DNA of 64,000 nt from NCBI GenBank assembly GCA_044359535.1, contig JBIKLZ010000002.1:42479-106478 (forward strand), given 5' to 3'. Source of the stretch: Chlamydiia bacterium. Its GTDB lineage: Bacteria; Chlamydiota; Chlamydiia; Chlamydiales; 2-12-FULL-49-11. Position numbers and translations under genes: made by a program. Each line of letters begins with the position of its first letter. The stretch's first letter is position 1. Positions 39,180-48,535 of this stretch are shown here, piece by piece. A model generated the notes under the pieces. It did not search any database. It was not told the DNA's origin and saw only the letters and a list, made by a program, of their open reading frames with translations.

Positions 39180-40610
39180 TCAAATGGATAGAAACAAAGA
39201 AAAAATAAAATAGATAATTATTGTAAAAAGGGCAGAAAAAGGGAGGGTGATAATCCAAGAAAGGAAGATATTTCGAAGGAGCTGAAGATTTAATGCAGAT
39301 AACCCTTTTGCAAGCCCTACCCCTAAAACTGCCCCAACAATTGCATGAGTGGTTGAAATAGGCATTCCCAACTTGCTTGCCACTAAAATTGTTGAAGCAG
39401 CAGCAAATTCTGCAGCAAAGCCCCTTGTGGGGGTAAGTTGTGTGATTTTATTTCCAATTGTTTCTATCACTTTAAATCCATAAGTGGCAAGGCCAATAAC
39501 AATTCCAGCGCCTCCAAAAAGAAGTAAAGGGGTCGAAATGGTTGAGGAGTGTATCAAAGCAGCCGGATCTTTGATCACGTTTATAATTCCTGAAACTGGA
39601 CCCACAGCATTTGCCACATCGTTAGAGCCATGGGCAAAAGCGACAAAACAGGCTGTTAAGATTTGCAGGATTGCAAAAATGGATTCAGCCCCTTTATAAT
39701 CAGCTGCAAGCTCTGTCTCAAATTGAGCTTTGCTATTGGCCTCTTTGATCAAATGATCGGCTTGTAGAAGTAAAGTGGCAATTTCATCCTTAGTGCCCTC
39801 TTCTGAAGTGGCAAGTTTTGCTTTTATTAAATGTTTTTGCACTTTTAATAAGGAATATAAACGTCGATCATGCTTTGCAGCAAGGATATAGCTCATTTTA
39901 GCATTTTTTGTTCCTGATCTACAAATGTGGCCGATAATAAGGGCCCCTAGACCACTTATCACAATCGACAAAAGAGCGGTTAAATAGATAGGGATGCTAA
40001 AATTCATACTTTTGATTCCGCCCCAAAATGTGGAAAGACAAAAGGTCATTAAGACGATAAAAGCAAAAAGGGGGGCACGTTTTTGAGTAGAAAGAAGGGG
40101 GTTAAATGAATGAAGGACCCTTCTTTGGATGTAAGAAAAGAAAAAAAATGCAACCACCCCCGCTAAAGTAGGGGAAATGATCCATGAGAGGGCAATTTTT
40201 CCAACTTCTCCCCACTGCACTGATTGAAAGCCCCCGACCAAAACACCAAAACCCATCACAGACCCGACAATGGCATGAGTGGTTGACACTGGCCATCTAA
40301 AAAAGGTGGCAAATTGCAACCAGAGGGCAGTCCCAAGAAGGGATGCAAGCATCCCCATGATAAAAATATTTGGGGTATTCACAAACATCTTTGGGTCAAT
40401 AATTCCCTTTTGAATGGTCTCTGAAACATTAGACCCAAGGATAAAAGCCCCGCCAAATTCTAAAAAAGCAGCAATAAGAATGGCTTGTCTAAGATTGATG
40501 GCCCCAGATCCGACAGAAGTCCCTACAGCATTGGCAACATCGTTTGCACCAATGTTCCATAGCATATAAAAACCAATAATGAGGGCAAGGGAGATAAAAA
40601 ATGTGTCCAT
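39180..40610 (-). CDS. pit: Inorganic phosphate transporter (PiT family)
   Basis: GANDVAN and HGSNDVAN repeats; PVSTTH and PISTTH. Confidence 0.95.
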   Translation of the reverse strand: MDTFFISLALIIGFYMLWNIGANDVANAVGTSVGSGAINLRQAILIAAFLEFGGAFILGSNVSETIQKGIIDPKMFVNTPNIFIMGMLASLLGTALWLQFATFFRWPVSTTHAIVGSVMGFGVLVGGFQSVQWGEVGKIALSWIISPTLAGVVAFFFFSYIQRRVLHSFNPLLSTQKRAPLFAFIVLMTFCLSTFWGGIKSMNFSIPIYLTALLSIVISGLGALIIGHICRSGTKNAKMSYILAAKHDRRLYSLLKVQKHLIKAKLATSEEGTKDEIATLLLQADHLIKEANSKAQFETELAADYKGAESIFAILQILTACFVAFAHGSNDVANAVGPVSGIINVIKDPAALIHSSTISTPLLLFGGAGIVIGLATYGFKVIETIGNKITQLTPTRGFAAEFAAASTILVASKLGMPISTTHAIVGAVLGVGLAKGLSALNLQLLRNIFLSWIITLPFSALFTIIIYFIFSLFLSI

Positions 40611-40614
40611 AAAA

Positions 40615-41289
40615 TTACTTTGCGTTTAATAGCATCCCAATTCTTAAGGCTTCTTTTTCTGCTAAATGGGAAATATTTCCTATTTCCTCTATAAAATTTA
40701 ACCACAGGATAAAATCTGTACACTTCAAAGAGTCACTTGAAGCAAATAATTTTTTCTTTAAGGATTTTTTTAGCTGATCGGCTTCCTGCTCTTTTGCAGC
40801 AATGGCATGGATTTGATTTTTCATTTTTAGGGCAATTGGACCCCCAAAGGAGGCTTCTATTAACATGTCAAGGTTAAAGACCATTTCCTTTAAAATCCAT
40901 GTGGCATCTAGATTGGTATCAATAAACTCTGTAAGGCTATTTTCAATACATTCAATCGAAGGGAGCTTTTTTAAGATGAGAATATCGGCAATGTCTTCAG
41001 CAATATCAGCTATGTGATCTTGGATGGTTAAAATTTCTAAAAAATTGATTCGATCTATAGAGAAAAAATAACTTTTTGGGAAGGAGGCCCGAATATCATT
41101 TTTTATAAGATCGGCTTCATACTCAAGTTCAGAAATCTTTTTAGAAAGAACTTCGATAGTCTCCATTTCTGCTTCTTTCCTTAGTTCACAAAGCTCTTTA
41201 AGCCTGACTAAGCATGCAGAGGTTTTTTCCATGTGGAGTTGTAAATGAGAAAAAGGGGTTTTTGGAATGAGCTTTGAAAGTATGTACAT
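40615..41289 (-). CDS. DUF47/TIGR00153 PhoU-like phosphate transport regulator
   Basis: EYEADLIKNDIR, QDHIADIAED; directly upstream of pit. Confidence 0.88.
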   Translation of the reverse strand: MYILSKLIPKTPFSHLQLHMEKTSACLVRLKELCELRKEAEMETIEVLSKKISELEYEADLIKNDIRASFPKSYFFSIDRINFLEILTIQDHIADIAEDIADILILKKLPSIECIENSLTEFIDTNLDATWILKEMVFNLDMLIEASFGGPIALKMKNQIHAIAAKEQEADQLKKSLKKKLFASSDSLKCTDFILWLNFIEEIGNISHLAEKEALRIGMLLNAK

Positions 41290-41292
41290 CGA

Positions 41293-42039
41293 CTAAATTG
41301 TAGAGCGGTAGGGCTTTTTATAGCTAGACTTTTTTTCAAATATAGCCTGTTTTTCTGCATTAGAAAGAATTTTATAGGCCCCTCTTGGAAGCGATCCAAG
41401 TTCTAAATTCCCTAAGCGCACCCTTTTTAAGGCAGAAATATTTAACCCTGTTCTAGCTACAAGTATCCTTACTTCATGCTTTTTCCCTTCCATCACAGTG
41501 ATCGAAATCACCTTTCTTTTTTCTTTATAGACAGAGACAGGGATGACTTTTTTCCCTTCAATATGGGTCCCTTTTCGGATTTTTTCAATATCAGATTGAA
41601 GCACTTCTTCTTTTGTTGTAACCCTGTACTCCCTTTCAATGTTTGAGGAAGGGTGGATCACAGAATGGGCAAAATCCCCTTCAGAGGTAATTAAGAGTAA
41701 CCCTTCAGTGTTTTTATCTAAACGACCCACAGTAAAAAGGCGGGCCTTTCTATCCCGTATAAGGTTAAGGGCTAATTTATCATTTTCATCATACCCTTTA
41801 GAGCTACAAATATAACCAGCGGGTTTATTCAGAAGATAAGTGATTTGTTTGGCAGGTTTTTTAGAAATGGGTTTACCATCTACAGAGATAAAATCTTTTT
41901 TTGGATCAAGGACAATCCCAAGTTGTGTACATACAGAGCCATTGACTGTGACTCTTCCCTCTTCAATAAGGGTATCGGCATTTCTACGGCTTGCAACACC
42001 AGCTGTTGCAAGAATTTTATTGAGACGCATTTTTTCCAT
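41293..42039 (-). CDS. rluB: rRNA pseudouridine synthase (RluB/RsuA family)
   Basis: S4 domain GVASRR; VGRLDKNTEGLLLIT; EGKKHEVR. Confidence 0.9.
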   Translation of the reverse strand: MEKMRLNKILATAGVASRRNADTLIEEGRVTVNGSVCTQLGIVLDPKKDFISVDGKPISKKPAKQITYLLNKPAGYICSSKGYDENDKLALNLIRDRKARLFTVGRLDKNTEGLLLITSEGDFAHSVIHPSSNIEREYRVTTKEEVLQSDIEKIRKGTHIEGKKVIPVSVYKEKRKVISITVMEGKKHEVRILVARTGLNISALKRVRLGNLELGSLPRGAYKILSNAEKQAIFEKKSSYKKPYRSTI

Positions 42040-42113
42040 AAGAAGATAGTTTTCCCTATTTTTAGGGATTATGATACCATAAGGTCAAATTTACAAAAAG
42101 CGAAACTCAAATT

Positions 42114-42776
42114 ATGGGCAAACTCATCCTTTTACGACATGGAAAGTCGGTCTGGAATAAAAAAAATATTTTTACTGGATGGGTTGATGTATCCCTTTCT
42201 AAGGAGGGGATCGATGAAGCCTTTAGTGCTGGAAAAGCCCTTTCTCATGTGAGATTTGAGGCTATTTTTGCCTCAACCCTTTCTAGAGCGATAATGACCT
42301 TGCAGCTTGTGATGCTTGAAAATCAAGATCCAAGAACTTTAATTTTGAACCACCCTGAAAAAAAGTGGTGTGCTCATGGAATTGATGAAAAAAGGGTTCT
42401 TATGGCTCATTGTAGTGATGCATTAAATGAAAGGTACTATGGAGATTTTCAAGGAAAGAACAAAGATGAGATAAAATTAGCCCTTGGAGAAAAAAAGTTT
42501 ATAGAGGTACGTAGGAGTTTTCAAACCCCCCCTCCAAATGGGGAGAGTTTGAAAATGACTGTTGAAAGGACCCTTCCCTATTTTAAAAAGGAAATTTTAC
42601 CTCAAATAAAAATGGGGAAAACAGTCCTTGTTGTCGCTCATGGTAATTCAATAAGGGGTATTGTTAAAGAGGTGATGCACTTAACTGATGAAGAGATTGT
42701 GACATGTGAAATCAAAACGGGAGAGCCTCTTGTTTTTCAATATGAGGGGGGTAACTTCAAGGAGGGGAAAATATGA
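42114..42776 (+). CDS. gpmA: 2,3-bisphosphoglycerate-dependent phosphoglycerate mutase
   Basis: LLRHGKS.WN, FTGWVD, LNERYYG, PPNGESL, AHGNSIR. Confidence 0.96.
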   Translation: MGKLILLRHGKSVWNKKNIFTGWVDVSLSKEGIDEAFSAGKALSHVRFEAIFASTLSRAIMTLQLVMLENQDPRTLILNHPEKKWCAHGIDEKRVLMAHCSDALNERYYGDFQGKNKDEIKLALGEKKFIEVRRSFQTPPPNGESLKMTVERTLPYFKKEILPQIKMGKTVLVVAHGNSIRGIVKEVMHLTDEEIVTCEIKTGEPLVFQYEGGNFKEGKI

Positions 42777-43702
42777 CCCTTTGTCACGCTGAAAAAAAAG
42801 GACTGTGTAAAAAAATTCATAAAGGGAAGGAAGCCATTATTGAGCTCCTTGGGGCAAAAAAGACAGTCAACCTTGCATTTATCCCCTCAATGGAGGAGGT
42901 CTACTTAAAAGTTGTTTACGAAGTCTTGATGCCTAGGGCTCAAAGGACTGGGAGAAATGAAATTTTGGTTCCAAAGAGGGAAAAACGTTCCCTTCTAAAG
43001 GTTTTAAAAAGGGCCTCTTCCCTTGGTCTAACCTCTAAGGAGGTGGAGATGGATGAGCTAAGTAAGGCCATTTCAAAAAGGACACTTGGACTAATGATGT
43101 CCTTTTCTGAGCCTTTTTCAGGGAAAATTCATCCAATGTTTCACATAGCCACCTTGTGCAAGGAAGAGGGTCTTTTTTTATTTGTCGATGCAACAGAAAG
43201 TGTGGGGAAACTTTTTTTTAGATTTCAAGAAAGTGGGATTGATCTTTTTGCTTTTTCGCATAAAAATATGACCTGTGTTGCCGGAGATCTGCCTCAAATG
43301 AAGGGCGATATCTGGGGGGAAGTGTTTGATCTAGATGAATTTTTTGCCCTTCAAACATGGGCTCAAGAGCAGCTTGAAATGATGGACTCAAATCCTATGG
43401 AATACGCATTGATAAAAAATGAGGCCATTGAAAAAGTAAAAAGGGGTCCTTTAAAGTGCCATTTTTACAATGAGGGGGGAAACTTTCTTTATGACCGGTG
43501 GTGCTTTTCTTTTGAGGGAGTTCACAATGAAACTCTTGCTTATTTACTCAGAGAAAAGGGAATCTATCTTGAGCTTTTTTTAGGAGAACACCCCCTCCTT
43601 TCTTTAAAGTTTGACTTACAGATGTCAAAAACAAATCTTTTTAACCAATGGGATACAATTCTTCACACGGCTTTAGAGATCAAGGAGTTTTCCAATGACT
43701 AA
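42773..43702 (+). CDS. Highly degenerate NifS/IscS-like PLP-fold protein
   Basis: FVDATESVGK and DLFAFSHK remnants; position between gpmA and nifU; N-terminal and catalytic Cys motifs absent. Confidence 0.65.
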   Translation: MTLCHAEKKGLCKKIHKGKEAIIELLGAKKTVNLAFIPSMEEVYLKVVYEVLMPRAQRTGRNEILVPKREKRSLLKVLKRASSLGLTSKEVEMDELSKAISKRTLGLMMSFSEPFSGKIHPMFHIATLCKEEGLFLFVDATESVGKLFFRFQESGIDLFAFSHKNMTCVAGDLPQMKGDIWGEVFDLDEFFALQTWAQEQLEMMDSNPMEYALIKNEAIEKVKRGPLKCHFYNEGGNFLYDRWCFSFEGVHNETLAYLLREKGIYLELFLGEHPLLSLKFDLQMSKTNLFNQWDTILHTALEIKEFSND

Positions 43703-44444
43703 AGAAAAATATAGCCATCTGTTTTGGGATTTGTACAGCGATAAAATGCATCAATGGATAGTAAGCCACCCCCACGGTAAAGTGTGTGAGGGGAAAAGGT
43801 TTTTTCATGAAGCCCTTGGAATAAGTTATACAATCGATCTTCAGTATGATGGTTTTGAGCAGATGTTTACAACAATGAGCTATCAAGTAAGTGGGCCCCC
43901 CTTCATGATCGCGTTGCTAGAGGCTTTGGCTGCAACTGTAGTAGGAAAAAAAATTGCCCTATGCGCTCACATTCGGGTTGATGATCTTTTTGAAGCACTA
44001 AAAGTGTATGACATTGCCGATCGCTATAGCGATGAGGATATTAGGGACTATATCCAATACTTATCCCGTTTTGCCAATCAAGTGATGGATGCTTATATGG
44101 AGATTGTGGATGAAAAAGTCCCTCTTCAATATTCAACTCCCGAGGGGTTGAGCCATTTTTCTGTTGAGGGAGAGGGGATAGGTAATTTTTTTGAGCTTGA
44201 AAAATCGATACAAATTAGCCACTTAGAAAGGGTTTTAGAAAAAGATATTCGCCCTTATGTCCAATTAGATGATGGGGATGTAAAAATCAAAGATGTGACT
44301 AAAAATGGGGTTGTCTTTATTGAATATGAAGGAAATTGCACATCGTGCCATGCAGCGGGATCGACAACCTTATCGGCAATCACACAGATTTTACAGGCTA
44401 AAGTACATCAAAGATTAGAGGTGTTACCCTTTTTAGGGAGCTAG
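43695..44444 (+). CDS. NifU-family protein (C-terminal NfuA domain)
   Basis: IRPYVQLDDGDV, YEGNCTSCH. Confidence 0.85.
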   Translation: MTKEKYSHLFWDLYSDKMHQWIVSHPHGKVCEGKRFFHEALGISYTIDLQYDGFEQMFTTMSYQVSGPPFMIALLEALAATVVGKKIALCAHIRVDDLFEALKVYDIADRYSDEDIRDYIQYLSRFANQVMDAYMEIVDEKVPLQYSTPEGLSHFSVEGEGIGNFFELEKSIQISHLERVLEKDIRPYVQLDDGDVKIKDVTKNGVVFIEYEGNCTSCHAAGSTTLSAITQILQAKVHQRLEVLPFLGS

Positions 44445-45145
44445 GTTTTAGTCGCCTTAAATCTAAACTGACCATACCGTTTTTTTTCTAGGGCAATGAT
44501 TTTAAAGCCAGAATATGTAAGTATATCTCTTACAAACTTTTCATCCCCTTTATAAAAGTGAGCTCCAATTTTTCCCATAAAAGTATGAAAAGGTGTCTCC
44601 TTTGAAATCAGTGTAAATAATGTTCCAACAAAAATCCCGTCAGGACTTAAACATTCATGGATTTTTTTCAATGTAGACTGTAAGCTTGTTGGAGAAAGAT
44701 AAGGGAGAATATCGACAGCTAAGACAAGGTCAAAGGGCCCTTGGTACGATTGCATGGTAGCTATATCCCCTTTGCATAATCGAAGGTTTTCTTTTGGACA
44801 CACCCCTTTGCTAGATTCTGAAAATAGGGTGAGAAGCTCTTTTGAAGAATCAATAGCCGTTACATGGCTCCCATTTCTAGCCATTGTAAGGCTATTTGTA
44901 CCAAGACCTGCACCCAAATCAAGAACGGTTGGAGGGGGGGGGGTAGCAAAAAACTCTTGGGCAAACTTTTCTGGTGAAGTGCATCCTAAAAAGATAGAGC
45001 GTTGAAATTCTGTTGCATTGGGACTTACGACCACTCCGAGATGAACAATAGGCTCTTCAGGGTTAAATGACGAGGGAGTCTTTTCAACTTCCTCCCAAAA
45101 TGTGGTTATTATAGACAATAGGCACCTCAAAAATAAATTTTTCAA
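44441..45145 (-). CDS. Class I SAM-dependent methyltransferase
   Basis: VLDLGAGLG, VTAIDSS, FDLV, LSPDG; start uncertain. Confidence 0.85.
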   Translation of the reverse strand: MKNLFLRCLLSIITTFWEEVEKTPSSFNPEEPIVHLGVVVSPNATEFQRSIFLGCTSPEKFAQEFFATPPPPTVLDLGAGLGTNSLTMARNGSHVTAIDSSKELLTLFSESSKGVCPKENLRLCKGDIATMQSYQGPFDLVLAVDILPYLSPTSLQSTLKKIHECLSPDGIFVGTLFTLISKETPFHTFMGKIGAHFYKGDEKFVRDILTYSGFKIIALEKKRYGQFRFKATKT

Positions 45146-45166
45146 GAGTGTAGCACAAAAAAAGAT

Positions 45167-45670
45167 TTAATTACAAAAAAAATGTTCATAAAACCCTTTT
45201 AACACCTCTTCTTTTGAAACGATCTTCCCCGTTTCTAAAAATAAAGATGTTGCAGGTTGATCGATAAGATCCATTTGATTTTCTGATTGAAGGAGGTTAA
45301 GCCCAAGAGAGGTAATTGCACTGGATCCATAGACTTCAGAAATGATTCCAGCGACTTTTTTTCCTCGTACCATTAAATCGTTAGGGTATTTAAAAGTGAT
45401 GGGAAGATCTAAAAATTGGAGTGCTTTTTGAAGGGCCTTTGAGGCTTTTTGAGAAAGATAAGGAATCTCTTCTGAAGGGGGGGCTTTATAGACAAAAGAG
45501 GCAAGTAAAGAGCTATTTTTAGGGGCGATCCAAGGCGATTTTCTCCTCCCTATCCCCCCTGTTTGAAAATCGGCAGTGATTATTGTGATATCAAACAGCT
45601 TTAGATGCTCTAATTGATCTTTTGCAAAAAGGTGTGTCGAAGAAATTTGTTTAAAATGTATTCTTTTCAT
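45167..45670 (-). CDS. birA: Biotin-protein ligase (catalytic domain only, no HTH)
   Basis: ADFQTGGIGRR..W, KYPNDL, KKVAGI, GLNL; start moved to MKRIHF. Confidence 0.92.
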   Translation of the reverse strand: MKRIHFKQISSTHLFAKDQLEHLKLFDITIITADFQTGGIGRRKSPWIAPKNSSLLASFVYKAPPSEEIPYLSQKASKALQKALQFLDLPITFKYPNDLMVRGKKVAGIISEVYGSSAITSLGLNLLQSENQMDLIDQPATSLFLETGKIVSKEEVLKGFYEHFFCN

Positions 45671-45699
45671 ATCATAATTATGGTATATCATAGGGATAT

Positions 45700-46827
45700 A
45701 TGTGGGAACCAAAATATTTACGTCGTATCGATCTTCGATTGCTCTTTGTGGTCTTTTTTTTGATGGGGGTAAGTATTTTAGTCATTTTAGCCACCACTCA
45801 AAGCGATCAAAGTGAGGGGATGGTTTTTACAACTTTAGCAAAAAATCAACTTCGGGCTTTTGTTTTAGGGTTGTTTATTTTTTTTTTCCTCGCCTGTTTT
45901 GATTATCGAAAATTGCGGGAATATACGTGGTTTTTTTACTTAGCGACCCTCCTTTTATTATTTGGACTATTTTTTGCTCCCCCTATTCACAATGTTCGAA
46001 GGTGGTATAGATTGCCATTTCTCCCTTTTGACTTACAACCTTCGGAAATGGCAAAACTTGTAGTTGTGATCACTTTAAGTTGGTACTTGGAAAGAAACAT
46101 GGAGCGGGTAAAGCGCCTTTCAGTATTTTTACAAGGATCGCTGATTGTCTTTATCCCATTTGTATTGATTTTAAAACAACCCGATTTAGGCACCGCCCTT
46201 GTCCTTTGTCCAATAGCCCTTGCTATGTTTTATATTGGGGGAATAGATGAAAAAATTTTAAAAATACTTTCCACTTTTGGGGTGATTATTCTTTCTATTG
46301 TCCTTTCCATTTTTATGGGATTTTTATCTCATGAACAGATGCGGCCCCTTTTTACAAAGGTGATGAAGGAGTATCAGTATGAACGGCTCAACCCAGATAC
46401 ATTTCATCAAAAAGCAGGGCAAACAGCTATTGGGTTAGGGCATTACTTTGGAAGTGGATTTTTGAAAAGTGAGTATACGGGAAATAAATTTCTCCCTTAT
46501 GGGTATACAGACTCTGTCTTTCCAGCTTTTATAGAGGAGTATGGTTTTGTTGGAGGGGTTTTATTGCTCACCCTTTTTTTCAGCCTTATCTACTTTAGTT
46601 TTCAGGTAGCTAAAGTTGCTAAAGATTATTTTGGAAGACTTCTAGCCTCAGGCATTGCTATTTATATTGCTATGCACGTTATTGTCAATATTGGGATGAT
46701 GTGCGGTTTTTTGCCTATTACAGGTGTCCCTTTGATCCTTGTCACCTATGGAGGCTCTTCAGTTGTCGCTACATGTATCGCTTTGGGTCTTTTGCAGAGC
46801 ATCTACGCAAGAAGGTTTACTTTTTAG
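45700..46827 (+). CDS. rodA: Rod shape-determining SEDS protein RodA
   Basis: QPSEMAK, KQPDLGTA, TDSVF, PITGVPLILVTYGGSS; adjacent to birA. Confidence 0.9.
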   Translation: MWEPKYLRRIDLRLLFVVFFLMGVSILVILATTQSDQSEGMVFTTLAKNQLRAFVLGLFIFFFLACFDYRKLREYTWFFYLATLLLLFGLFFAPPIHNVRRWYRLPFLPFDLQPSEMAKLVVVITLSWYLERNMERVKRLSVFLQGSLIVFIPFVLILKQPDLGTALVLCPIALAMFYIGGIDEKILKILSTFGVIILSIVLSIFMGFLSHEQMRPLFTKVMKEYQYERLNPDTFHQKAGQTAIGLGHYFGSGFLKSEYTGNKFLPYGYTDSVFPAFIEEYGFVGGVLLLTLFFSLIYFSFQVAKVAKDYFGRLLASGIAIYIAMHVIVNIGMMCGFLPITGVPLILVTYGGSSVVATCIALGLLQSIYARRFTF

Positions 46828-46859
46828 TATAATTTATTCCCCTTTTCAGGTAACAAAAG

Positions 46860-47345
46860 TTGAAATGGGCAATCTTTACTCAGGTGGTTATTTTGAAAAA
46901 TAGAGATCTTTTTAAAAAAGAGGGTTTTATTGGGGAAGGAAAAATTTATATAGAGGATGAGGGGACAGATTTTCCTATCCTTATGAAAATTTCGATGAAG
47001 GAGTGTGATGAAAGAAGCCCAATTCTTGAATTTACCACAACTATTGAGATGGATCAGGGGGATGAGCCCATTATCAATTACTATACCCTGACATTTCATG
47101 GAGAAAATACCTTTCATATCCTTATTGCCTCAGAAAATTGGGGATATGTAGAAGGGAATGGATTTATTAAACAGGGGTTTATAGGTTGGGAAATAGCAAG
47201 TGCCGATCAAATGTTTCATGGACATGAATCAATTGAAACAAAGGGAGAAAACGACTACAGATTTTTTGGAGAATACGCTTCGAAAGAAGAAATGAGAACA
47301 AAAATTGTCTGCCGCTTGGTTAGCTATGAAAATATCTCTTCATAA
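46860..47345 (+). CDS. Hypothetical protein (beta-rich, acidic)
   Basis: ORF between rodA and the lipoprotein gene; start uncertain. Confidence 0.5.
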   Translation: MKWAIFTQVVILKNRDLFKKEGFIGEGKIYIEDEGTDFPILMKISMKECDERSPILEFTTTIEMDQGDEPIINYYTLTFHGENTFHILIASENWGYVEGNGFIKQGFIGWEIASADQMFHGHESIETKGENDYRFFGEYASKEEMRTKIVCRLVSYENISS

Positions 47346-47664
47346 ACATGTTTTCTTTTTTTTGATTCTATTGTGTGCCGGTTGTGCTACTTACTCAAGC
47401 TATATTGTCACAATGGATAGCTACCTTCAGGTAGAAACTGGAGAGACAAGGGAAGAATTGATCCAAAAATTTGGGGAACCTGTCTCTATTGAAGCCCATA
47501 CTGACGGGACTGAAATATATACCTATATTGAAAGATTAACAATGAATGGGGAAGTGATGAAATCTACAACCTACTGCTTTACTATAAAAGAGGGGAAAGT
47601 TGTAGACAAATCTGCAAAAGTTGTCGATCGAACCCAAAGTGTGGATTCAAATCAGATGTACTGA
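47326..47664 (+). CDS. Lipoprotein, BamE/SmpA-like domain
   Basis: Lipobox CAGC; GETREELIQKFGEP, YTY. Confidence 0.65.
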   Translation: MKISLHKHVFFFLILLCAGCATYSSYIVTMDSYLQVETGETREELIQKFGEPVSIEAHTDGTEIYTYIERLTMNGEVMKSTTYCFTIKEGKVVDKSAKVVDRTQSVDSNQMY

Positions 47665-47709
47665 AAATATGAGACTTTGCTATAGTTTGTATTTTACAAA
47701 GGTTTCATT

Positions 47710-48528
47710 ATGAAGTATATACTATTATTTTTATTTTCTTGTTCTCTGTTTAGTCAGTCTATAGACGTGATCCTCCCTGTTCATAAAAAGGATGCGCCCA
47801 CCTTAGAGCTTGTGATAGAAAAAATTAGAGAAAATGTTTCCGATGTTCGAAGGGTGATTGTGATCTCTAAAGAGAAATTTACAGAAAGTGCTGAATGGGT
47901 AGAGGAAAAGGATTTTCCATTTACAATTGACGATGTGGGAAATGAGTTAGGGGGACAAGGGGGGATAGGAAAAAATGTACGTAGGGGATGGTACTACCAA
48001 CAGCTGTTAAAGTTTTATGCCCATTTTGTGATTGATGATCTTTTAGAAAATATTTTGATTTTTGATGCCGACACTGTCCCTAATAAAAAGATGTCCTTTT
48101 TTGCAAAAAATGGAGCGATTTACATGGATATTGGGTCACGAGGTAAAACCCATTTTACCTACTTTATACATCTAAGAAAATTACTTCCCCTTTTAGACGA
48201 TGTGGATCGAACCATTTTACCTGTAGTTCACCATATGGTTTTTAACAGGGAGGTCATTATTGATTTATTTAAAACGGTGGAAGATGCTTTTCAAGAACCT
48301 TTTTGGAAGGTATTTTGTAATCAAGTCATTACAAACAGTAATAAATCAGCCTATCTTTACGTGGGAGCTTCTGAATACTTGATTTATTACCACTTTTGCA
48401 TGAACTATTTTAGGGATAAATATGTACATAGAGTGATCCGGTTAAAAGACGATGCAGAGACCTTTTCATTAGAGAAGTTTAGAAATTATGACTTTGTAAG
48501 TGTTCACCAGTACGATCGAAGAGAGTGA
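47710..48528 (+). CDS. Putative GT-A fold glycosyltransferase (DUF6492-like) with signal peptide
   Basis: IDVILPVH, GWYYQQLLK, DxD motif FDADT, HHMVFNR, SEY. Confidence 0.65.
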   Translation: MKYILLFLFSCSLFSQSIDVILPVHKKDAPTLELVIEKIRENVSDVRRVIVISKEKFTESAEWVEEKDFPFTIDDVGNELGGQGGIGKNVRRGWYYQQLLKFYAHFVIDDLLENILIFDADTVPNKKMSFFAKNGAIYMDIGSRGKTHFTYFIHLRKLLPLLDDVDRTILPVVHHMVFNREVIIDLFKTVEDAFQEPFWKVFCNQVITNSNKSAYLYVGASEYLIYYHFCMNYFRDKYVHRVIRLKDDAETFSLEKFRNYDFVSVHQYDRRE

Positions 48529-48535
48529 TTATTTA

